Shown here piece by piece: positions 59,001 through 64,000 of a stretch of 64,000 bases of DNA (positions are counted from its first letter, which is position 1; the number at the start of each line of letters is the position of its first letter). Under the pieces are notes generated by a model that ran no database searches, had not been told where the DNA came from, and saw only the letters and a list, made by a program, of their open reading frames with translations. The translations under genes and the position numbers were made by a program. This DNA is from Candidatus Goldiibacteriota bacterium (GTDB lineage Bacteria > Oederibacteriota > PGYV01 > DYJU01): the NCBI GenBank assembly GCA_938034975.1, contig CALHNI010000001.1, forward strand, positions 17,641 to 81,640, in the 5' to 3' direction.

Positions 59001-61794
59001 CTGCCTGTCCTTCTGTATCATTGATACCCCGTGATGTTGGTGGTTCTGATGGCATTAAATTTTCTTCATACCAATCTGCAATTGGTGTTCCGGAAGGAGT
59101 CGGAGTTGGTGTTGGAGCAGAGATTAAATATAACTGGAAGTTAAATACATTATTAGGTCCTGAAATATTTGCATTTGGAAAAGGCGGCGGTAAAAATGGT
59201 CCAGAACCACCACCATAATAACCAAAATAATCGCCTTCATTCGGTCCATTCATAATTCCATCTCCACTTTCATCAACAAATCCATATATATAATAAGTAC
59301 CATCGGGCGCACCTGTTGAATATTGAAACTGAGCTGGTCCATTTGTTGTTCCAAAATAAATTGCTACCCATCCATTGCTACCATCTGTATCAGTATCTAT
59401 TACAACTGCACATTCTTTCCCATTTGAAGGTGCTGGCAAACTCACAGTTCCAAACACATTAAGCGGATATGTCTGAGTTGGTGTTGGTGTTGCCGTTGAT
59501 GTAGCAGTACTTGTTGGTGTATTTGTCCACCATGTGCCAGTTGGTGTAGGAGTTGGCGTTGCAGTGCTGGAATAAATATTTACAGTCCAATTGGTAGTTT
59601 GATACTGATTGCCTTTATAATCTGTTAAACTTATTGATATATTATGAGAAGTTCCTGGTATTCTTTGTGAAGTAGGTAATCTGAACTGGTATCTTAATGT
59701 ATTATTTTCCAAAGATTGCCCGGACATATCTTCTACAGGCACACTATCAGAAAAAATTGAAACAAATTGCAATCCACTTCCTAATAATTTATCACTAACA
59801 GTTACATATAAATAATCATCAGCATAAATATAACCATTATTTGCCGGATTTAATTGCCCTGCCCATGGTTTAAATAGATCTCTGTTTATATCTATTGTAA
59901 AATTTATATCCTGCCCTGTTAAAGGATTCCCATTTACCATTACATTTTTTTCAATTTTATTAAAAAATGTATCAAAACCAACTATTTTATAATTCCCATT
60001 TTCTATGTGATTTGCTGTCTGATAGTTATCATTTCCAAAACCCATATCATAAAATTTATATGAACCTAAACCAGTATCCTTTAAAATATAACATCCAGCG
60101 TTGTGTATTCTATAATAACTTAAAGGATTACTAAAAAAATAAAAATTACCTGATATATAATATCCACTGTTTATATAAATATTAGCTGGAATCATACTAC
60201 CTGGATTAACATCATAAGTTCTTCCAACAAAATATGGCGGACCATTTTGTGATTTTGATATATCCACTGCTGCTAAATCATACAAATATCCTGACGGAAC
60301 CGGCATCATAAAATTTCCTGAAGAATTACACATACCTACATATGCTAAAATATCAGACATAACATCTGTTGTTCCTGATATAACTGCATAAACAGCAATA
60401 ATAGATTTATCCGGATATTCTCCGGTATTATCAATAACCTGCCCAGAAATAACACTATTTAGCGCTGGTCCTGTAAAATTAATAGGTGAAATAGGTGGAG
60501 TATTTAAAACAGGATTCCACATAGAAGGTCCTTCTGCTTCTACTCTATAATCAAGCATTATTCCTGCTGGTAAATTTCTTATTTGAAAAGTATTTCCTGA
60601 AACATCAACTTTATAATATTCTGAAAAAGGTTCAAAACTTCTTGTTCCATCAGATTTAGGTAAACCAGCTGGTTTTACATAAACTCTTACTCCTGATACT
60701 GGAGAAGGATTTAATGAACCATTAACATTTACGCCAGAACCAATGTTATAATCTATAAGAGTTGTAAATCCATCTTTAACATTAACATTCGGAGTCCAGC
60801 TTATTGGTTGAGCTGCCTGCATACAATTATAAGTCCCTGTTTGTTTTGCCCACATCCAGTAATTTCCAGCTTCTAAATTATGTATTTCATAATTAAAATT
60901 TACATTTGTACAATTTCCTGCCCAATCACCAGTATAAGGATCTATTACTGCTATATCAACATTGTTAAGCGCAGATATATTACCTGCAATAACACCTTCT
61001 TTATATACATCAAAATTAATATTACTAACAACCTGCCCTGGATTTGTTAAAATAATCGGACTGGTAAATTTTTTTGTTGTTCTTCCATAAGCCCAGTCAG
61101 GTGAACAGGAAGGATACCACCATCTGATTGCTACTAAACTGGTAATTTCAACACTAACTGGAACTTTTATAGAATAGTGTCCTGACAAATTTGTTATTCC
61201 AGAATTAATATAATTATTTTTACTTCTTGCCTCAATGTTTACATCTGAAAAACTTCCCATTGCACCTATTAAATTAATCTGCCCCTGTATATAACCACTA
61301 TCAACCACTTCTATTTTTAAATAATATGGGTTTGCCGTGCTGCTGTTCCAATCAGCATGAACCTGAATTACATATAACCAGTCATTCTCCGATCTATTTG
61401 AAATATCAACATATGTAGTTGAAGTTAATTTATTATAAGAACTAATTTCAGTTTTATTATTATACCCACCAGCACCATCATCTTCATATATTATTAATCT
61501 ATAACCTGTATTTTCAGGAGCACATAAAGAAACTTTTAAAATATCATGATCAGGATTATTTTCAGAATTAGGAATAATTATTTTATAATAATCATTATCT
61601 GAAATATCGGCAATAAATCCTGTGCCTTCTGAATAAGGTAAAGAATAATTTCCCAAATCAGCAGCAGTTGTAAATGAATCATTTAAGCCTTTCTGGTTGG
61701 GTTGTTCACTTGGAATAAGTTCACTTTCTGTCCATCCAAAAAGAGAAATAGAAAAAAAAGTAAATAAGATAAAAATTTTTATGCTTAATTTCAT
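56050..61794 (-). CDS. 1914-aa secreted protein: duplicated ~720-aa beta-rich module, Thr-rich tracts, T9SS-like/FlgD-Ig CTD
   Basis: Signal peptide; two homologous modules (RWWYPSCxPDWAYGxTTKKF in both); CTD IYTRNGKLV...WDGKND.G...AAGVYII. Confidence 0.85.
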   Translation of the reverse strand: MKLSIKIFILFTFFSISLFGWTESELIPSEQPNQKGLNDSFTTAADLGNYSLPYSEGTGFIADISDNDYYKIIIPNSENNPDHDILKVSLCAPENTGYRLIIYEDDGAGGYNNKTEISSYNKLTSTTYVDISNRSENDWLYVIQVHADWNSSTANPYYLKIEVVDSGYIQGQINLIGAMGSFSDVNIEARSKNNYINSGITNLSGHYSIKVPVSVEITSLVAIRWWYPSCSPDWAYGRTTKKFTSPIILTNPGQVVSNINFDVYKEGVIAGNISALNNVDIAVIDPYTGDWAGNCTNVNFNYEIHNLEAGNYWMWAKQTGTYNCMQAAQPISWTPNVNVKDGFTTLIDYNIGSGVNVNGSLNPSPVSGVRVYVKPAGLPKSDGTRSFEPFSEYYKVDVSGNTFQIRNLPAGIMLDYRVEAEGPSMWNPVLNTPPISPINFTGPALNSVISGQVIDNTGEYPDKSIIAVYAVISGTTDVMSDILAYVGMCNSSGNFMMPVPSGYLYDLAAVDISKSQNGPPYFVGRTYDVNPGSMIPANIYINSGYYISGNFYFFSNPLSYYRIHNAGCYILKDTGLGSYKFYDMGFGNDNYQTANHIENGNYKIVGFDTFFNKIEKNVMVNGNPLTGQDINFTIDINRDLFKPWAGQLNPANNGYIYADDYLYVTVSDKLLGSGLQFVSIFSDSVPVEDMSGQSLENNTLRYQFRLPTSQRIPGTSHNISISLTDYKGNQYQTTNWTVNIYSSTATPTPTPTGTWWTNTPTSTATSTATPTPTQTYPLNVFGTVSLPAPSNGKECAVVIDTDTDGSNGWVAIYFGTTNGPAQFQYSTGAPDGTYYIYGFVDESGDGIMNGPNEGDYFGYYGGGSGPFLPPPFPNANISGPNNVFNFQLYLISAPTPTPTPSGTPIADWYEENLMPSEPPTSRGINDTEGQAATIPNYLNKTGIGYIADQSDNDYYKFTVLNAHNNPNHDMLKITLQVPQGSFYYNLEVYEASMLGGWNFKNSKGANGGKTAVIYVDMSSHTEEDWNYLIRVRSYNNSSSSKPYYLTIEIVDSGLISGNINLIGVNSSGLSNVNIEARTYQNNFINSALTDGMGSYQVRVPVNVPITTLRAVRWWYPSCAPDWAYGKTTKKFDTPIIISFGGEVKLVDNFDVYKEGIISGNITGALLNNVDVIVIDPYVDGDWAGNCNNVNASYAIHNLEPGNYFVYAKQTGTNIWTEANHAIAFKENINVRDGITTQLNFAIESGWTVNGTLNPAPFYSSEVKIQLPGGTKFGENSPLGNYYRTDTSGNNYEIRHVPTGIFDFFAGSGPSYWEPVRNVNVNGNKVVNFTGPNINTTISGQIIDNTGMYPDLSGVIIAAVVSGTANIQSDNAYLYMGQSSASGNFIVGVPSQFMYYDLVALDGNTMEGGAPLFLGRAYDVVTGTASTVININSGYSISGNQYFAGKTLDEIMTRANVWVLKDIGAGVLKFYDFANGETAYITGNFIENGNYLVKSSGYFFNEAELPVLVNGGNRTNQDLNLSINPTKDKYNPYVGYLNPANQGVIVDPANEYLYFTISDKILGSGLQGEPDIFISGNAAVDIDHIDTGLNERRYKFRLPMAARTPGNVAQISIDVRDNQNNLYSTGYSWIVYVATSTITPTPTITGTPTETPTGTWWTDTPTNTYTITNTFTDTPTKTFTYTYTFTPSKTFTLTYTYTYTVTDTLTNTPTETFTPTDTTTNTPTDTATNTQTDTLTHTVTNTATNTPTDTSTTTPTETVTGSQPPTWTHTDTATNTITLTPSNTPTFTNTFTFTHTHTVTNTHTISNTPTITETPTITPTQLPVDKLMLNKNLINISKNEIVKIRIPERYKGKEGKIMIYTRNGKLVKMIEKVSIDDDIAWDGKNDAGKKVAAGVYIIRIKIESTMEILKVAIIK

Positions 61795-61826
61795 AACTAC
61801 CTCCTAAAATTTAAATTTCGTTATTA

Positions 61827-61854
61827 ATTATAGCACAAAAAAAATTTATGTCAA
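61827..61854 (-). promoter_or_regulatory. Consensus sigma70 promoter TTGACA-16-TATAAT with extended -10 TG
   Basis: Perfect hexamers upstream of the AGGAGG RBS of the 1914-aa gene. Confidence 0.75.
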
Positions 61855-61883
61855 CTTTTTAATTTTTTTATGTTAATATTTAA

Positions 61884-62018
61884 CCAGAAAATTGCAACAG
61901 AAAATTGCGATTTTCTGGAGAAAAAACACAAAAAAGATATATTATTAAAAAAAATAAAATATTTAAAACAACAGTTGATCTTTATTTTAAATAAAAATAA
62001 CAAGTGGTTTAAAATATG
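61884..62018 (-). repeat. Dispersed element, copy 12 (hairpin B half only)
   Basis: CCAGAAAATTGCA...TTGCGATTTTCTGG, AAAATATTTAAAACAACA, TTTATTTTAAA. Confidence 0.8.
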
Positions 62019-62843
62019 CAAATCAAAGCAGAAAAAAATAATATAGATTTAAAAACTTTTATTTCAGAAAAACTTAAAATTTCCCGCTCAAAAGCAAAAA
62101 GTTTGATTGATACAAAAAATATTTTTGTAAATAAAAAGCGCACATGGATAGCAACTTTTTTACTAAAAAAAGGTGATATTATCTCTATTCCTGATATAGA
62201 TTTAATTAAAAAAGAATCTAATATAGAAATAATATACAGAGATGATTTTATTATTGCAGTAAATAAACCGGCAGGGATTATCACGGACAAAACATCTGAT
62301 TCCTTTGAAAGCCAGTTAAAAAATTTTTTAAATAATGAAAATATAAAAGCAATTCACCGGCTGGATAAGGAAACAAGCGGAGTTTTATTATTTGCTAAAA
62401 ATAATAAAATTTTTGAAACTTTCAAAAATTTATGGAAGGAAAAAAAAGTAAAAAAAATCTATCTTTCAATATGCCATCACGTTGCAGACTTTAACAAAAA
62501 AGAAATAAAATTCCCTGTAAATGATAAGCCAGCTGAAAGTTTTATTGAAAAAATTTCAAGTGAAAATGGTTTAACTCTTTTTAAAATCATCACAAAAACA
62601 GGAAGAAAACATCAGATAAGAATACATCTTGCCAAAATCGGATTTCCAATTGTAGGAGATAAAATATATGGACCATCTTTTATCAAAGAAGAAAATTTAA
62701 GAAACGTAAAGCGCCATTTATTGCATTGTTATGAATTATCTTATCCCTGCCCTTTTACAAAAAAAAATATTATAATAAAAGCAAAATTACCTGATGATTT
62801 TTTAGTTTTTAAAAACTTAATGAAAGAAGGTAAATTATTATGA
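62016..62843 (+). CDS. RluA-family pseudouridine synthase with S4-like domain
   Basis: VNKPAG, HRLDKETSG, TGRKHQIRIH, PIVGDKIYG. Confidence 0.93.
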   Translation: MQIKAEKNNIDLKTFISEKLKISRSKAKSLIDTKNIFVNKKRTWIATFLLKKGDIISIPDIDLIKKESNIEIIYRDDFIIAVNKPAGIITDKTSDSFESQLKNFLNNENIKAIHRLDKETSGVLLFAKNNKIFETFKNLWKEKKVKKIYLSICHHVADFNKKEIKFPVNDKPAESFIEKISSENGLTLFKIITKTGRKHQIRIHLAKIGFPIVGDKIYGPSFIKEENLRNVKRHLLHCYELSYPCPFTKKNIIIKAKLPDDFLVFKNLMKEGKLL

Positions 62844-64000
62844 TTATCAAAATCAAAAAAAAATATATAGGTGCAATAGACCAGGGAACCACAAGCACAA
62901 GATTTTTACTATTTAATAAAGAAGGGAAATTAACAGTCGGTCATCAGATTGAACATAAACAAATTTATCCCCGGCCTGGATATGTTGAGCATAATCCAGA
63001 AGAAATTCTTGAAAATACTTATAAAGTAATTAAATTTACTATAAAAAATTATCATATAAACCCTTCTGAAATTGCAGCAATCGGTATTACAAATCAAAGA
63101 GAAACAACCATTGTCTGGGACAGAAAAACAGGAAAGCCATATTTAAATGCAATTGTATGGCAGGATTTAAGAACTTCAAAAATTTGTGAAGAATTAAGTA
63201 AAAAAGGCGGTAAATACAAATATCAAAAAATAATAGGCTTACCGGTTGCAACTTATTTTTCTGCTCCAAAATTAAGATGGATCTTTGATAATTATAAAGA
63301 ACTTTATAAAAAAGCAAAAAACGGCGATTTGCTCTTTGGAACAATTGATACTTTTATTATATGGAATTTAACAGGCGGTCCTGAATCAGGTGTCCACATA
63401 ACTGATGTAACTAATGCAAGCAGAACAATGCTTATGAATCTGAAAACCTTAAAATGGGATAAGGATATGTTAAATGTTTTTAATATTCCGGAAAAAATCC
63501 TGCCAGAAATAAAACCTTCAATAGAGCCGGAATCTTTTGGATTAACTTTAAGAGATGGTCCATTTAATGAAAAAATCCCTATTATGTCAGATTTAGGAGA
63601 CCAGCAGGCAGCTTTGTTTGGTCAGACATGTTTTGAAAAAGGAAGTGCAAAAAACACTTATGGCACTGGTTGTTTTTTACTTTTAAATACAGGAGAAAAT
63701 CCTGTTTTTTCAAAAAATGGATTAATAACAACAGTTGGTTATAAAATAGGAAAAGGAAATGCAATTTATGCATTAGAAGGTTCTGTTGCCATTGCCGGTT
63801 CTTTAATCCAGTGGGTGCGTGATAAATTAAATCTTATTTCATCTGCAAAAGAAATAAATGACCTTGCAGAAAAAGTAAATGATAACGGTGGGCTTTATTT
63901 TGTCCCTGCTTTTTCAGGGCTATTTGCTCCCTATTGGCGTTCTGATGCTCGTGGAATAATCGCGGGTATTACCCATTATGCAACAAAAGAACATCTGGCA
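62840..64000 (+). CDS. glpK: Glycerol kinase, 5' part (runs off the window)
   Basis: Manual translation ...YIGAIDQGTTSTR, GITNQRET, TDVTNASRT, GDQQAALFG, KNTYGTG; ATGA overlap with the upstream gene. Confidence 0.96.
   Translation, partial: MIIKIKKKYIGAIDQGTTSTRFLLFNKEGKLTVGHQIEHKQIYPRPGYVEHNPEEILENTYKVIKFTIKNYHINPSEIAAIGITNQRETTIVWDRKTGKPYLNAIVWQDLRTSKICEELSKKGGKYKYQKIIGLPVATYFSAPKLRWIFDNYKELYKKAKNGDLLFGTIDTFIIWNLTGGPESGVHITDVTNASRTMLMNLKTLKWDKDMLNVFNIPEKILPEIKPSIEPESFGLTLRDGPFNEKIPIMSDLGDQQAALFGQTCFEKGSAKNTYGTGCFLLLNTGENPVFSKNGLITTVGYKIGKGNAIYALEGSVAIAGSLIQWVRDKLNLISSAKEINDLAEKVNDNGGLYFVPAFSGLFAPYWRSDARGIIAGITHYATKEHLA

Noticed and set aside
3421-62018. Dispersed hairpin repeats as a CRISPR array or integron attC sites
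   Set aside because: Copies are kb apart between housekeeping genes in both orientations, with no regular spacers, cas genes, integrase or GTTRRRY cores
1-64000. tRNA, rRNA, SRP RNA or riboswitch (e.g. upstream of pur or ffh)
   Set aside because: No GC-rich structured segment or recognisable consensus seen; leaders are short. A covariance-model scan would be needed to exclude them fully

Overview
AT-rich bacterial chromosomal window from a diderm organism (outer-membrane beta-barrels, a PorV-like protein). Secreted proteins with long Thr-rich tracts and T9SS-like C-terminal domains resemble those of Candidatus Goldbacteria-like lineages; this taxonomy is inference only. Housekeeping genes: purF(partial)/purL/purQ/purS, rpe, ffh, oppBCDF, a CUT1 sugar ABC cluster, malQ, a PpiD-like chaperone, rsmB, htpX, pepA, an RluA-family synthase and glpK(partial). 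Signalling: HD-GYP, PilZ, and three kinase-type proteins, one apparently a pseudokinase. CAZymes: two GH8, one GH18, one clan-A GH. There is also a decayed ~1.5 kb IS next to a small orphan island and a deleted glycosyltransferase pseudogene. The main structure the genes do not explain is a ~130-250 bp dispersed intergenic element, with about 12 diverged copies in 64 kb. It is bounded by two related hairpins (CCGTAAAAACGC...GCGTTTTTACGG and CTGAAAATCGCA...TGCGATTTTCAG), carries an internal GGTGA-N~10-ATG, usually ends 9-14 bp upstream of a promoter -35, and appears to supply the start of at least one host gene. Also notable: a T9SS-like cargo/PorV cassette whose cargoes share a TGTQPPTWT motif inside (Thr-X)n tracts, a MalG permease with an RpoC-like sandwich-barrel hybrid insert, and an apparent preference for 16-bp promoter spacers. 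All calls were made by eye; no database searches were run.
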